Assembly: GCA_963788255.1 (NCBI GenBank)
Contig: CAWBGC010000017.1
Coordinates: 1,050-65,049, forward strand
Direction: 5' to 3'
From: an uncultured Acidobacteriota bacterium
GTDB taxonomy: Bacteria > Acidobacteriota > Terriglobia > Acidiferrales > UBA7541
Length of the DNA: 64,000 nucleotides
Every line of letters starts with the position of its first letter. Positions within the stretch are counted from its first letter, which is position 1. Below are positions 17,593 through 28,717 of this stretch, one piece after another. The position numbers were made by a program, and so were the translations under genes. The notes under the pieces were generated by a model. It saw nothing but the letters and a program-made list of their open reading frames with translations. It did not search any database and was not told the DNA's origin.

Positions 17593-18870
17593 CTAAAGCG
17601 TAAGGTTTTCGCGGGTGAGCTGGAAGCCGTCGAGATTGCCGACAACAGAGGCGGCGATCCGATTCGGCTGGAAGAATTCCCGGGCGACTTGCTGGACGTC
17701 TTCCGGGGTGACTTTTTCGAGCAGGGCGATCAATTCCTTCGGTGTGAAATGACGGTTGAAGTAAATGTGATAGCGGGCGAGGCTGTTCATGCGCTGGCCT
17801 GTGCCCTCGAGCGCCAGCAGCGTGGCGCCCTTCAGGTGATCCATTGCGCGGCGCAGTTCTTCGGCGTCGAGCGGCTCATCACGCATCAAGCGAAATTCAT
17901 CCAGAATCGACCGGACCACTTGCGCGGCGGTTTCGAGCGAAGTTCCGGCGTAGACCGACAACATCCCCGTATCGCGATAGGAATTCATCTCGCTGAAAAT
18001 CGCGTAGGCCAATCCCTGGCGCTCGCGAATGTTCTGGAACAGACGCGAGGACATCCCGCCGCCCAGAATGTTGTTGAGCACGGAGACGGCAAAGCGGCGG
18101 TGATCCGTCATGGGCAGAGCGGGCACGCCGATACAAATGTGAACTTGTTCGAGTTCGTGCTTGGTGCGCAGCGTGACATGCGGGACGGCATGCGGTTGAG
18201 GATCGGCGAGGCCGTCCTCAGCGGGCGCGAGTTTCGCGAAGCGGTCAGTGACAAGGTCAAGTAACTGCGCGTGGGTCAAGTGGCCGGCCGCTGTGACGAC
18301 CAGGTTGTTCGGCGCGTACCATTTTCGGAACCACGATTCGAGCGTCTTGCGATCGAACGCCGACACGGTCTCCGGCGTGCCGAGGATGGGCTTGCCGAGC
18401 GAATGCGAGTTCCAGAAATTCTGCGTGAAGAGTTCGTGGACAAGGTCTTCGGGATTGTCCTGAGTCATGCGAATTTCTTCGAGGATGACGGATTGTTCGC
18501 GTTCGATGTCCTCGGGAGCAAACTTAGGCTCGAGGACCATATCCGCGAGGACGTCAAAGGCTTTCGAGAGGTGTTCGTCGAGTACACGCGTGTTGAAGCA
18601 GACCATTTCCTTCGAGGTGAAAGCATCGAGCATTCCCCCGACACGGTCCACTTCGCGCGCGATGTCTTCGGCGGTCCGGCGGCGCGTGCCCTTGAAAACC
18701 ATGTGCTCGATGAAGTGCGAAATGCCGTTGAGCTCGGCGGGCTCGCGACGGGAACCCGAGCGCAGCCAAATCCCCACGGAGACGGAGTGAACGTGCTCCA
18801 TCGGCTCCGTAATGACCACGAGGCCATTGGGAAGAGTTTCCTTCTGCACGTTGTGTGGGATTTCCGCCAT
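17593..18870 (-). CDS. M16-family zinc peptidase (pitrilysin/insulinase-like)
   Basis: The inverted zinc motif HFIEHMVFKGT (HxxEH) is present. The ATG at 18870 gives MAEIPHNVQKETLPNGLVV. Confidence 0.85.
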   Translation of the reverse strand: MAEIPHNVQKETLPNGLVVITEPMEHVHSVSVGIWLRSGSRREPAELNGISHFIEHMVFKGTRRRTAEDIAREVDRVGGMLDAFTSKEMVCFNTRVLDEHLSKAFDVLADMVLEPKFAPEDIEREQSVILEEIRMTQDNPEDLVHELFTQNFWNSHSLGKPILGTPETVSAFDRKTLESWFRKWYAPNNLVVTAAGHLTHAQLLDLVTDRFAKLAPAEDGLADPQPHAVPHVTLRTKHELEQVHICIGVPALPMTDHRRFAVSVLNNILGGGMSSRLFQNIRERQGLAYAIFSEMNSYRDTGMLSVYAGTSLETAAQVVRSILDEFRLMRDEPLDAEELRRAMDHLKGATLLALEGTGQRMNSLARYHIYFNRHFTPKELIALLEKVTPEDVQQVAREFFQPNRIAASVVGNLDGFQLTRENLTL

Positions 18871-18965
18871 GACTTCTCTATTTTCGCACGCGCGCACGGA
18901 AAATGAAATTTCCGGCGCGGCGAGAGTTTCCAAAGCTTTCGAAAGCAAACGCAGCCGCGAGACCG

Positions 18966-19580
18966 CTACATCAGCTTTTCATTCGGGGAGAGCTTGCCAT
19001 ATTCGCTCGAGTAGCTCAGCGGAACGTCGGAATAGGCGCCTTTTTCGAGAAGATAGACCTCGCAGCTCGAATAAGGGTAAGAATAAATGTGCAGGCTCGT
19101 GGCGCGCTGGCCGAACTCGGCGAGATTCTGCACCTGATGGACCGGCTCTTCGGGCTGAACCACGCCGGGTTGATCGGGATCCATGTCGTAGAAGTCGGTG
19201 GGAACGAGCTTGCAGGTGCCGCGCGCTGCGTCGCGAGACTCCACGTGGAAATTCTGCACGCGCAGGCGGCCAATGGGTGTGGTCATCCAGCAATTCTGGC
19301 CGCGGTGATTGTGGACGCGGCTGACCTGCCCGACTTCCCAGCAAATGGCCATGACCTCGAAGAGTTCGCATTTGAAGATGAGGTTCCGCGTGTAATGGCT
19401 CTTGGCATAGAAAAGATAAGGCGCGAGCGTCTCCGGGCGGACAGCTTTTTGCTGCGTGAATTCGAAGACGCGCGGGATCTTGAATTCGTTCTTGGGGATC
19501 GCCGAAAGCTGTTTCACCCAATCATCGATTGAAAGTACTTCCACCGGCGCGCCTCCTTCCGTATGTGAAGATCGGTTCAA
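18966..19580 (-). CDS. Cupin protein resembling the cysteine dioxygenase type I family
   Basis: ...YTRNLIFKCELFEVMAICWEVGQVSRVHNHRGQNCW... resembles the CDO cupin core as I remember it. Confidence 0.5.
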   Translation of the reverse strand: MNRSSHTEGGAPVEVLSIDDWVKQLSAIPKNEFKIPRVFEFTQQKAVRPETLAPYLFYAKSHYTRNLIFKCELFEVMAICWEVGQVSRVHNHRGQNCWMTTPIGRLRVQNFHVESRDAARGTCKLVPTDFYDMDPDQPGVVQPEEPVHQVQNLAEFGQRATSLHIYSYPYSSCEVYLLEKGAYSDVPLSYSSEYGKLSPNEKLM

Positions 19581-19623
19581 AACAGCCCATTATAACGCGC
19601 CGGGATTGGACGGACGGTGAAAA

Positions 19624-20778
19624 ATGGAGTCGCGCGAGCGTGCTATGATGGAATGCAAGATGGTCCCGCAGAAATCCAGCACGGCTGCCAATCTGCTTGG
19701 AAAATCGGTCGGTGAGCTGCGCGCGTATCTCGAATCGCTCGGCGAGCCAGCGTACCGCGGCGCTCAGATTTATCACGTGCTTTACGCCGAGCGGCGATTT
19801 GAACTCGCTGCGATGACGAATCTGCCGGCTGCGTTGCGAGAGCGGCTGGCGCGAGGGGCGTCGATAGCGCTGCCAGAGATCGTCCGGCGCTACCAGTCGT
19901 CGGACGGGACCATTCGATATGTGCTGGCGCTCGCGCCGGGGGAACTCGCGCACGGAGCGAGCGCCGCAAAGCCCGCCACGATTGAGGCTGTTTTCATGCC
20001 GGAGGAAAAGCGGCAAACGATTTGCATTTCAACGCAAGCAGGCTGCGCCGTGGATTGCCATTTCTGCCTGACGGCCACGTTGGGCCTGATTCGCAACCTC
20101 ACAGCAGGCGAGATTCTCGGAGAAGCGCTGGTTGCGTTGGATGAAAATCGCGCCGGGCTGAAGCCGCAAACAAACGTGGTGCTCATGGGCCAGGGAGAAC
20201 CGCTGTTGAACTACGATGCGGTGCTGGCGGCGCTGCGAATCCTGATGGACCCGGAGGGAATGGGCATTTCGCCGAAGCACGTCACGCTTTCGACCAGTGG
20301 GATTGTGCCGGGCATCGAACGCCTCGGACAAGAAAAGGTGCGGCCGAAGCTGGCGATTTCTCTGAATGCTTCCTCGAACGAGCAGCGAGACCAGATCATG
20401 CCAATCAATCGCAAATACCCGCTGGAGAAGCTGCTCGATGCGTGCCGGAATTACCCGCTGCGGCCATGGGAGCGGCTAACATTTGAGTACGTGGTGCTCG
20501 GTGGTTTCAACGACACGGCGGAGGACGCGCGGCGCGTAGTGAGATTGCTCGCGAATTTGCGCGCGAAAGTAAATCTGATTCCATGGAACCCAGGTGAACT
20601 TCCGTATGAAAGGCCGGAGGCGGCGCGTGTGGAGGAATTCCGGAGGATTCTGGCCGATAAAGGCCTGCCCGTCTTTATAAGATATTCGCGCGGGCAAGAC
20701 GTGATGGCGGCGTGCGGGCAGTTGGCACTGGCGGAGCTTGCTGCGCCGCCGATCGCTCAAATTTCGCCCGCATTGTAG
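19624..20778 (+). CDS. rlmN: 23S rRNA/tRNA adenine-C2 methyltransferase RlmN (radical SAM)
   Basis: NLLGKSVGELRAYLESLGEPAYRGAQIYHVLY, the radical-SAM cluster motif AGCAVDCHFC, and GEPLLNYD are present. The start could be one of several nearby Met codons. Confidence 0.9.
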   Translation: MESRERAMMECKMVPQKSSTAANLLGKSVGELRAYLESLGEPAYRGAQIYHVLYAERRFELAAMTNLPAALRERLARGASIALPEIVRRYQSSDGTIRYVLALAPGELAHGASAAKPATIEAVFMPEEKRQTICISTQAGCAVDCHFCLTATLGLIRNLTAGEILGEALVALDENRAGLKPQTNVVLMGQGEPLLNYDAVLAALRILMDPEGMGISPKHVTLSTSGIVPGIERLGQEKVRPKLAISLNASSNEQRDQIMPINRKYPLEKLLDACRNYPLRPWERLTFEYVVLGGFNDTAEDARRVVRLLANLRAKVNLIPWNPGELPYERPEAARVEEFRRILADKGLPVFIRYSRGQDVMAACGQLALAELAAPPIAQISPAL

Positions 20779-20817
20779 AGGGAGGGATGCAGAGAGGCGC
20801 GCTCCCACGAATTCATC

Positions 20818-21807
20818 TCACGGTTTGATTCCGATAACGGCCATCATGCGGCCCGTGGCGCGTTCGCGGCGATAGCTGAAAAACAGATCGGTACGGCAGG
20901 CGGTGCAGTAGCTGGAAGAGGAAATGTTTTCGGGCGCGACGCCGGCGCCAACAAGGATTGCACGATTGGCGGCGATGAGATCGAGTTGAACTCGCGGCGG
21001 CGGAGACGCGTGCCCCGGCGGCTTCATCGTGAGCCAGGGAAGCCAGTTTGGATCGGCATCGCGGGGATCGTCTGAGGTGAGGGCATCGAATGGCCCGTCG
21101 AACCAATCGCGCGCGGCGGGAAATTGGCCAGCAAATTCCTTCACCACGTCAGGGCCGACTTCATAGCAACAGCGGCCAATGCCCGGGCCGAGCGCGGCAA
21201 TCACATCTTGCGGCTGTGTCCCGAACTCCATATGCATTCGCCCGAGGGTTTTCTCCGTGATGCGACGGATCGTGCCGCGCCAGCCGGCATGGACGGCAGC
21301 GACGGCGCGATGCTTCGCGTCAGCCAGGAGGATGGGAATGCAGTCGGCAGTTTGCACGGCCAGGAGGATGCCGGGCTGGCGTGTGAGGAGGGCGTCGCCT
21401 TGCAGCGGGGTCTCGTGAGACGAGGCCGGCGAGGAATCTACGCGGTGAATAATATCCGAATGAATCTGCCGCAATACGACCACTCGCATTTTCTCTCTGC
21501 CAATGGCGCGAGTAAATTTCAGTCGGTTGGCGAGCACGGAATCGCGAAGGTCCCAATCGGTGAACCCTAGGTTCAAGACCCTCTCGCTGCCTTTTTTTCC
21601 CTCGCGGACTGCCTCCAGCTTACTTTCGCCGCCGGGGCGCGTGCTGAATCCGTGGATAAGCCAAGGGAGGCGAGCCGGCGCAGGCGCCTGAAGGATTTTC
21701 AGGCCGCCCGCGCGCCGAAATTTCCATTTTGCCGGCGCGGTCGCCCGGGGACGCGTGGCGACGCGCCTCCGAGTCACCGATTTTCTCTTTGTACCGGTCG
21801 TAGCCAT
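20818..21807 (-). CDS. pgeF: Laccase-domain/YfiH (PgeF) family protein
   Basis: HGFSTRPGG ... LNLGF ... VVLRQIHSD ... TADCIPILL ... HAGWRGT are family motifs. The start is uncertain (21807 or 21864). Confidence 0.8.
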   Translation of the reverse strand: MATTGTKRKSVTRRRVATRPRATAPAKWKFRRAGGLKILQAPAPARLPWLIHGFSTRPGGESKLEAVREGKKGSERVLNLGFTDWDLRDSVLANRLKFTRAIGREKMRVVVLRQIHSDIIHRVDSSPASSHETPLQGDALLTRQPGILLAVQTADCIPILLADAKHRAVAAVHAGWRGTIRRITEKTLGRMHMEFGTQPQDVIAALGPGIGRCCYEVGPDVVKEFAGQFPAARDWFDGPFDALTSDDPRDADPNWLPWLTMKPPGHASPPPRVQLDLIAANRAILVGAGVAPENISSSSYCTACRTDLFFSYRRERATGRMMAVIGIKP

Positions 21808-22016
21808 ATCAAAATTCAATTCAATGATAGGGCAAGGATGTATGCAAGTAGGGAGATTCTTCAATTGTCGCGTAGCCGCGGCTACGACCCTGTCTTCGCG
21901 CGATGCACTCCACGGATGACACCGTTCGCCGCGTCGTCAGGTATAATCCGGATTCCTCGCGGTTCCGCGACAACCAGAAATCTCAGCATGGCGCCGCGCA
22001 AGCGGCTGGGGGCCGA

Positions 22017-22394
22017 GTGATCGTCGGATTGGGACTAGACATCGCCGAAGTCGAACGAATCGAGGCCGCGATAAAGCGGCACGGCGCGCCATTCCTCGAG
22101 CGGCTCTACACGCCCGAAGAAATGGCGTATTGCGAGAAGCACCGGAACAAGTACGAGCGCTACGCCGCGCGCTTCGCGGCAAAAGAAGCAGCCATGAAAG
22201 CCTTGGGGACAGGCTGGAGCGGCGGGGTGCGGTGGCGGGATATTGAGGTTGTACGCGCTACAAGCGGCAAACCTTCGCTGCAACTGCATGGTGAAGCACA
22301 CAATATGGCCATGAAACTCGGCGTGAAGAACATCGCGCTGACCATCACGCACAGCGGGAACCTGGCACTCGCGGAGGTCATTTTTGAGGATTAG
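22017..22394 (+). CDS. acpS: Holo-[acyl-carrier-protein] synthase
   Basis: The GTG at 22017 gives VIVGLGLDIAEVERIE...FAAKEAAMKALG...SLQLHG...ITHSGNLALAEVIFE. Confidence 0.9.
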   Translation: MIVGLGLDIAEVERIEAAIKRHGAPFLERLYTPEEMAYCEKHRNKYERYAARFAAKEAAMKALGTGWSGGVRWRDIEVVRATSGKPSLQLHGEAHNMAMKLGVKNIALTITHSGNLALAEVIFED

Positions 22395-22624
22395 GCCACA
22401 CCGCCATCCCCCTCGATTCCCGTAACTCGGCTTGCCTATGATCAGGGCCGCACAGATCTTGTGTCCGAATCGGAGACGTGCTTGTCCCAAATCCGCGCAG
22501 TGAAGTCTCTGAAAGAATGGCCACACTCTCGATAAGTTATTTAGGCGTAAGAAGTTAAGCTGAGTTTCCCGGAAGGAATCCCACTTGCGCAAAGGCACGA
22601 GATATCTCCCACTGAGGTGCCTAG

Positions 22625-25036
22625 ATGGCTAGCCTGTGGCAGGACCTGCGTTACGGCTTTCGAACGCTCGCGAAGAGCCCTGGATTCACGATAATTGCCG
22701 CAGTGATGCTGGCGCTCGGCATGGGCGCAAACACTGCCATTTTCAGCGTCGTGCATGCCGCGCTTCTGACTCCCGTGCGCATTCCCGATCCCGACCGAGT
22801 GGTGATGGTGTGGACGGAAAACGCGGAACGCGGATGGCACCACCTACCCGCGTCTGTTCCGGATTACTTGGATTGGAAAAATGACAGCGGAGTTTTTTCG
22901 AAACTCGGAGCTTTCGTTGACGCCGGATTCAACGTGGGTTTACCGGATCACGCGGAGCGAATCAGCGGGATATCCGGCAACAGCGATCTCTTCGAGGTGC
23001 TGAAGGTGAAGCCGCTGCTCGGGCGGCTTTTTCAAGCAGACGACACTCAACCAGGCCATGAGAATGTGGCGATTTTGACTTACGGGCTTTGGAATGGGTC
23101 ATTTAGCGCCGATCGCGGAATCATCGGCCGAAGCGTGCTGATAGACGGAACGCCGCACACGATTATCGGCGTGTTGCCCAAGGATTTTCCAAAGTTCGGC
23201 GACGAGAAGATTTTTTGCCCATTGGTTTTTGCACTGGACCGCGTCAACGATCGCGGCAGCCGCTATTTCGGCGTCATTGGCAGACTCCAGCCGGATATCA
23301 GCGTCGCGGGCGCCCAGAATAGAATGGCGGAGCTGAGCGACCGCCTCGCAAAGCAATTTCCCGTAGAGGATGCGGGAGGTTCCGTGCGGCTTCAGCCGCT
23401 TGAAGAGGCCTATGTGGAAGACGTGCAAGCCTTGCTGCTCATACTGTTCGGCGTGGTTGGGTTTGTGCTGCTGATTGCCTGCGCAAACGTGGCGAACCTG
23501 CTTCTCGCGCGCGGCACATCGCGCGAGAAAGAAATGGCCATCCGAGCGGCGCTGGGAGCGTCCCGCTGGGCTCTCGCCCGCCAGACCATTTCCGAAAGCG
23601 TTCTGCTGGCGCTGATGGGTGGCGCCCTGGGAATCCTGCCTGCGGGATGGGGCATGGAATTTGTTTCCTCGTTCGGATTGGACCTGCCCAATGCAGACCT
23701 CATCCGGCTCGACGCGCCCGTTCTTGGGTTTGCGGTGCTTCTGTCGGTCTTGACGGGAGTGCTATTTGGGCTCGCGCCAGCGTGGAAGGCGTGGAAGACA
23801 GACTTGAATGACGCTCTGAAATCAGGCGCAGCGTTTATAGGTCTGCCCTCACGCCAAAGGTTGCGGGGGATTTTCGTTGTAAGCCAAATCGCATTGACCT
23901 TGGTGCTGCTCGTCGGAGCAGGCTTGATGTTGCAAAGCTTTTTCCGGCTGCAGAATTCTTCCTCTGGCTTTGGGACTCGCAACGCTTTCGCGATGACAAT
24001 CGCTCTTTCCGAGCGGCAATACTCGACGCCGGAAAGGCAGCAGGGGTTCCTGGAACAGGTGCTTCAGCGCGCGCAAGTAGTGCCCGGAGTGCAGGTCGTG
24101 GGCGCTACGGACGCTCTCCCAACGAGCGATGACGTCCATGGCACGGGACTGCATTTTCCGGACCGCCCGAAGCCGGCTCCCAGCGACGTTCCCATTGTGC
24201 TTCGCGATTCCGTTACGCCCGGTTACTTCCGCGCCATGCAAATCCCACTGCTGCGCGGCCGTGAATTCAATGATGCGGACAAGAAGGATTCTCCCCGCGT
24301 GGCCATCGTGGATCAGTGGGCGGCCCAAAAATACTGGCCGAACGACAACCCAGTCGGAAAATTGATCAAGCTGGAAGAAAAGGAGCCGCCGTTTGAAATC
24401 GTGGGGGTCGTCGGTAGCGTCGAGCGCGGGATCGTCATCAAGCTGTTGATCGGCGAAGTCGGGCAGGTCTACCTCCCCTTCGCGCAAATACCGAAGCCCA
24501 TGATTTCGCTGGTGGTGCGATCCGGCATGAATCCGGACGCTCTGATACCTTCGGTCCGAGATGCCGTGAACGGCGTGGACAACAGCCAGCCAATCTTCGA
24601 CGTGCAGACCCTGGCCGCAGCGCGCAAGGCCAACGAGGTTCCACAGCGCCTGGCTGCTTTGGTTCTGAGCGGCTTTGGGTTTGTGGCTCTCTTGCTGGCG
24701 ACGATTGGAATTTACGGCGTGGTGGCCTATACGGTGGGCCAGCGGACCCGAGAAATCGGAATCCGCGTGGCGCTCGGAGCGCAAGCGCGCGACGTCTTGG
24801 GACTGGTCTTAAGGCAAGGGCTTGTCTTAACGGGTGTGGGAGTGGTCATCGGATTGGTGGGGGCGTTGCTGCTGACGCGCGTCCTTTCCAGCCTGCACTT
24901 TGGAGTTCAAGCGAGCGACCCCGCAGTCTATCTGCTGGTCGTTGCACTATTTGTGACGGTATCGCTGCTGGCGACTTGGATACCCGCGCGGCGCGCAATG
25001 CGCGTTGACCCGCTGGTCGCACTGCGCTATGAGTGA
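22625..25036 (+). CDS. Duplicated MacB-like/FtsX ABC permease (ADOP-type orphan permease)
   Basis: An 803-aa protein starting [22 protein letters not shown]. It has two MacB-periplasmic-plus-FtsX modules. This N-terminal signature is typical of acidobacterial duplicated orphan permeases. Confidence 0.85.
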   Translation: MASLWQDLRYGFRTLAKSPGFTIIAAVMLALGMGANTAIFSVVHAALLTPVRIPDPDRVVMVWTENAERGWHHLPASVPDYLDWKNDSGVFSKLGAFVDAGFNVGLPDHAERISGISGNSDLFEVLKVKPLLGRLFQADDTQPGHENVAILTYGLWNGSFSADRGIIGRSVLIDGTPHTIIGVLPKDFPKFGDEKIFCPLVFALDRVNDRGSRYFGVIGRLQPDISVAGAQNRMAELSDRLAKQFPVEDAGGSVRLQPLEEAYVEDVQALLLILFGVVGFVLLIACANVANLLLARGTSREKEMAIRAALGASRWALARQTISESVLLALMGGALGILPAGWGMEFVSSFGLDLPNADLIRLDAPVLGFAVLLSVLTGVLFGLAPAWKAWKTDLNDALKSGAAFIGLPSRQRLRGIFVVSQIALTLVLLVGAGLMLQSFFRLQNSSSGFGTRNAFAMTIALSERQYSTPERQQGFLEQVLQRAQVVPGVQVVGATDALPTSDDVHGTGLHFPDRPKPAPSDVPIVLRDSVTPGYFRAMQIPLLRGREFNDADKKDSPRVAIVDQWAAQKYWPNDNPVGKLIKLEEKEPPFEIVGVVGSVERGIVIKLLIGEVGQVYLPFAQIPKPMISLVVRSGMNPDALIPSVRDAVNGVDNSQPIFDVQTLAAARKANEVPQRLAALVLSGFGFVALLLATIGIYGVVAYTVGQRTREIGIRVALGAQARDVLGLVLRQGLVLTGVGVVIGLVGALLLTRVLSSLHFGVQASDPAVYLLVVALFVTVSLLATWIPARRAMRVDPLVALRYE

Positions 25037-26442
25037 ACGGGAATCGCCGCAGGCGGCGAGTCATTGCGGAGCGTAGCGAAGTCCTCCTCGGCCTTTTCTT
25101 GGGAATCTGCGGTGAGCCGAATCTCGCACCACTGGTTCGCGGGAAGCCGGCCTGGGATGCGCGTCTTCAGGTAGTTTCCCGTCAACCCCTCTGTCCAATC
25201 CGGTCCGTATCGTGCCAGCGTGAGCGCGCGAAACGTCTGGCCTGCGAGCGAGGCGCGAAAGCTCTCCACCTTTTTCTGACCGAGTGCCCGCAGGGAGCGT
25301 GCACGCTCGCGGATCGCTTGCGCGGGAACCGAAGCGCCGAGACTCGCCGCTTTCGTCCCGGGACGAGCGGAAAAAGAGAAAACGTGCAAGTAGGTGAAGG
25401 GGAGTCCCTCAATGAATTCCAGCGTCGTCCGAAACTCTTGGTCCGTCTCGCCCGGGAAGCCGACAATAATATCTGCGCCTATCGCTGCGTCGGGCAGCAA
25501 GTGGCGGATCACGCCGATGCGTTCGGCGTAATGTTCGGCGCGGTACCAGCGATGCATGGCGCGTAGAATCCGGTCTGATCCCGATTGCAGCGGGACGTGG
25601 AAATGGCGAGCCAGCCGCCGGGAAGAAGCCACAAGTGAGACGAATTCGCGAGTGATATCCTGCGGCTCGATCGAACTGAAACGCAATTGCTCGAGCCTCG
25701 TTTCGTTTAGAATCCGTTGCACAAGTCTCTCAAGCTCCACACGCGGCTTCAAATCCCTCCCATAACTGCCCAGGTTAATCCCGCTGAGCACAATTTCCTT
25801 CGACCCCGCCTCGACGAGGGCTTGCACTTCTGCGACGACGGCGTCGGGAGGAAGGCTTCGACTGCGGCCGCGAACCAAGGGGATCACGCAGTAGGCGCAA
25901 CGATTATCGCAGCCGTCCTGGATCTTCAAGATCGGCCGGGTGCGATCCGCAGCTCCCAAAGACGCCTGCACAACCGGCATAGTCGTTTGAGCCAGGATGT
26001 CACCGGTCAGGATTTTTGCGGGGCCGCGCTCCAGCGACAGGGAATCACAATTGAGTCGGGCGAGAGGCACAAAATCCCGAGCTTCTGAATCGACGGCCTG
26101 CGTCGCGATTTCGCGGAGCATTTCCGGAATATCAGTCTGATGTGAATTTCCGACGACCCAGGCCACGCCTTTCAGAGCCGCCAGTTCTTCCGGAGCCCGC
26201 TGCGCATAGCAGCCGGTGACAAGTATTCGTGCCTCCGGATTGGCCCGGTGAATTTTCCGCACCACCTCGCGCGCCTGTGAATCCGCCGCGGCAGTAACGG
26301 TGCAAGTGTTCAGCACCACGACGTCGGCGCAAGTATGGGCAGGGGAGAGCGCCCACCCGCCTGCCAGCAATTGGCCGCGAAGGGCGGCGGCGTCAGCCTC
26401 GGTGGCGCGACAGCCGAAATTCTCGATGGAGAAAGTTCTCAT
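25027..26442 (-). CDS. mtaB: MiaB-like radical-SAM methylthiotransferase (MtaB-type)
   Basis: The ATG at 26442 gives [21 protein letters not shown]. The radical-SAM motif is GCDNRCAYC. The 3' end overlaps the convergent permease gene by 10 nt. Confidence 0.8.
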   Translation of the reverse strand: MRTFSIENFGCRATEADAAALRGQLLAGGWALSPAHTCADVVVLNTCTVTAAADSQAREVVRKIHRANPEARILVTGCYAQRAPEELAALKGVAWVVGNSHQTDIPEMLREIATQAVDSEARDFVPLARLNCDSLSLERGPAKILTGDILAQTTMPVVQASLGAADRTRPILKIQDGCDNRCAYCVIPLVRGRSRSLPPDAVVAEVQALVEAGSKEIVLSGINLGSYGRDLKPRVELERLVQRILNETRLEQLRFSSIEPQDITREFVSLVASSRRLARHFHVPLQSGSDRILRAMHRWYRAEHYAERIGVIRHLLPDAAIGADIIVGFPGETDQEFRTTLEFIEGLPFTYLHVFSFSARPGTKAASLGASVPAQAIRERARSLRALGQKKVESFRASLAGQTFRALTLARYGPDWTEGLTGNYLKTRIPGRLPANQWCEIRLTADSQEKAEEDFATLRNDSPPAAIPVHS

Positions 26443-26555
26443 TTTGTGAAGATGGTTCCCCGGCACTTGCGGTGCGAAACCGAAATTATAGCAGCGGTTG
26501 GCGTGCAATTTGAGGATGCAACAACAAATCCAGGGGGCGCTGCGTCATCCGGAGT

Positions 26556-27230
26556 TCAATCCCCGCGGTGGCGCTGGTAACAGAGGAGAATCAAGTCGGC
26601 TCGCCGCCGAACGCCGAATTTGGCGAGCAAATTGGAGACATGAAATTTCACCGTGCGCTCCGATATATTCAGCCTGTCGGCGACTTCCTTGTTCGCCAGA
26701 TTCTCGAGCAAACCACTCAAAACTTCCTGCTCGCGACGGCTGAGTTCGCTGGGGGAATCGGCTCGCAGGCGGCGTCCCTGCGTCGTGCTCAGAATGGAGT
26801 CAACGAAGCGGGAGAGAACGTTGCGCGCGACCCAGATTCCTCCCGCGGCTACCTGCGGCAGAGCGCGGGCAAGTTGCAGGCGCGCCTCCTCGTAGGTCAG
26901 GATTCCTTTCACTCCCTGACGAAGCAGGGCGTAGCTCTCCTGTTCCTTGAGCGCGTCCCCGACGACCAGAATGCGGGCGTTCTCGTTGCTGTCGAGGATA
27001 TTGCCTAATAGCGCCCCCGTGGCTTGGCGCGCCGCGTGGGCGTCCACGACGTAGACGGTCGCACGCGGTACCTGCAAATTGCGTAAGTCCGGCGCCAGCA
27101 TGGAATCGAGCTGCTTTGAAGAAATAGCGAAGCCCGAATCCTCAAGCAAACGATGGAATTCGTCCAGCACCATCGGATGCGGCGAGAGGAGGCAGACCTT
27201 CAGGCTCGTTTTCACAGGCGCCTTTGCCAT
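26556..27230 (-). CDS. LuxR-family transcriptional regulator with a degenerate (pseudo-)receiver domain
   Basis: The C-terminal HTH reads LSRREQEVLSGLLENLANKEVADRLNISERTVKFHVSNLLAKFGV. The N-terminal receiver-like fold lacks the acidic pair: VCLLSPHP where DD is expected. Confidence 0.75.
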   Translation of the reverse strand: MAKAPVKTSLKVCLLSPHPMVLDEFHRLLEDSGFAISSKQLDSMLAPDLRNLQVPRATVYVVDAHAARQATGALLGNILDSNENARILVVGDALKEQESYALLRQGVKGILTYEEARLQLARALPQVAAGGIWVARNVLSRFVDSILSTTQGRRLRADSPSELSRREQEVLSGLLENLANKEVADRLNISERTVKFHVSNLLAKFGVRRRADLILLCYQRHRGD

Positions 27231-27574
27231 CGTAAAATAGGCTAGCGGAATTGGTTCCCAGGGGCAAGGAAGACGAAAGGTTTGATTTCATACCAGATAC
27301 GGGCACAAGGTGAGGAAGGTACAAGGCCAGAAGGCGCCAAGTGAGCAAGAGGTTCGGCGCAGGCAGCTTTCCCGCGCCTCTCCGGCCAGATCAAATCCTT
27401 TTGGTGCCAATTAAGCCGGATCCTGCTGCGTCCGCGCGGCGGTCGCTTTGCACCGCAAGGGCCTCGGCTTCCTGGCTCTTGGCTTGCTCGCATTCATCAC
27501 ATTTTAGAAACACGGGAGAGGCGTAGTTACCACGTCGATTTCTGGAATTGTGAACAGAATGGGAGGCCGAACTT

Positions 27575-28651
27575 CTAGTCTGCCTGCGAGGCGGATCGCA
27601 ACGGGACGCCGGTGCTTGGCTCGGCCTTTTGTTGTGGGCGCCGCGCGGGAAGGCCAGCTTGGCGAACCTTATAGAGCAAAGCACGATAGCTGATCTTCAA
27701 GACCTCCGCGGTTTTGCGGCGATTCCAATGATTGGCTTGGAGAACTTTCAGAATCACATCATGCTCCATCCGGCGTGTCACCTGTTGCGCGATCCGCTTC
27801 AGAGGGATATTGCCCTCTTCGTTCGCTTCATAGGAAATGCTGACAGGTCTCTTCTCGGGACGGTCGCTATAGAAGGCCTCCTCCGAGCCCAGGATCACGT
27901 AACGAGCCATGCAGTTCTCCAGCTCACGCACATTGCCCGGCCAATCTCGCTGTTGGAGGATCTGGACCGTTTCCCGGGAGGGTGGTGGTGCGTCGCACTT
28001 GAAGCGGCGGTTGAACTGCAGCCGCAGGTACTCAACCAGGTAGGGAATGTCTTCCCGGCGATCGCGAAGCGCCGGGAGCGAAATGCTGATCACGTTGATT
28101 CGGTAAAAGAGATCGGAGCGAAATCTGCCGGTTTGGATTTCGTGGGGAAGTTGCCGGTTGGTTGCGCAGACGACGCGCGCGTCCATGAGCTTTTCTTCAT
28201 GATCACCAATGCGCGTGTAGTGGCCATCTTGCAGAACATGGAGGAGCTTGGCTTGCAGGCTTGCATCGAGTTCCGCAATCTCATCCATGAAGAGAGTCCC
28301 GCCGGACGCAAATTCCATACGGCCAGGCTTCGCCGTGTTCGCGCCCGTGAATGCCCCCTTCTGGTATCCGAACAATTCGCTCTCAAGCAGCGTGCCTGGG
28401 ATTGCGGGGCAATTGACCTTCACAAATGGCCCGGTGCACCACGGGGAACGCTGATGGATGAAGCGGGCCAGAACCTCTTTTCCCGTCCCGCTTTCACCAA
28501 GGATCAAGATGGGTACATTCAGGCCCGCCGCTCGTTCCACGCGTTGACGCACCAATTGCATCAACTCGGAAGGCCCGAAATAAATATCGTCGGGCGGAAG
28601 TTCCGCGCCGTTAGCCGACGTTCCAAATCTAGCTTCAGGTAATGAGGCCAT
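27575..28651 (-). CDS. Sigma-54-dependent activator (bEBP) lacking any N-terminal sensory domain
   Basis: Walker A GESGTGKE, the GAFTGA loop (KGAFTGAN), and a C-terminal Fis-type HTH (TAEVLKISYRALLYKV) are present. Only about 35 aa precede the AAA+ core. Confidence 0.9.
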   Translation of the reverse strand: MASLPEARFGTSANGAELPPDDIYFGPSELMQLVRQRVERAAGLNVPILILGESGTGKEVLARFIHQRSPWCTGPFVKVNCPAIPGTLLESELFGYQKGAFTGANTAKPGRMEFASGGTLFMDEIAELDASLQAKLLHVLQDGHYTRIGDHEEKLMDARVVCATNRQLPHEIQTGRFRSDLFYRINVISISLPALRDRREDIPYLVEYLRLQFNRRFKCDAPPPSRETVQILQQRDWPGNVRELENCMARYVILGSEEAFYSDRPEKRPVSISYEANEEGNIPLKRIAQQVTRRMEHDVILKVLQANHWNRRKTAEVLKISYRALLYKVRQAGLPARRPQQKAEPSTGVPLRSASQAD

Positions 28652-28701
28652 AAAGGGTCAAGGCGAAGTCCCGAATTCCAAAGAACTCCTGACAATTACT
28701 T

Positions 28702-28717
28702 TGCACATGGCCCGCCA
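28702..28717 (-). promoter_or_regulatory. Candidate sigma-54 (-24/-12) promoter upstream of the sensor-less bEBP gene
   Basis: The minus strand reads TGGCGG-GCCAT-GTGCA, with correct GG-N10-GC spacing. The GC lies about 50 nt upstream of the start at 28651. This is a partial consensus match only. Confidence 0.25.

Noticed and set aside
22395-22624. Intergenic regions scanned for tRNA, tmRNA, RNase P, SRP or 6S-like sequences. Regions covered also include 13704-13857, 27231-27574, 29600-30076, 47251-47476 and 54382-54626.
   Set aside because: I could not find cloverleaf-compatible segments or the conserved cores of these RNAs by eye. Without a covariance-model scan this is a weak negative, so no RNA gene is reported.
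25027-25036. A 10-nt overlap of the convergent 3' ends of the ADOP permease gene and the mtaB-like gene.
   Set aside because: Short convergent overlaps are common in compact genomes. Nothing else is unusual here.
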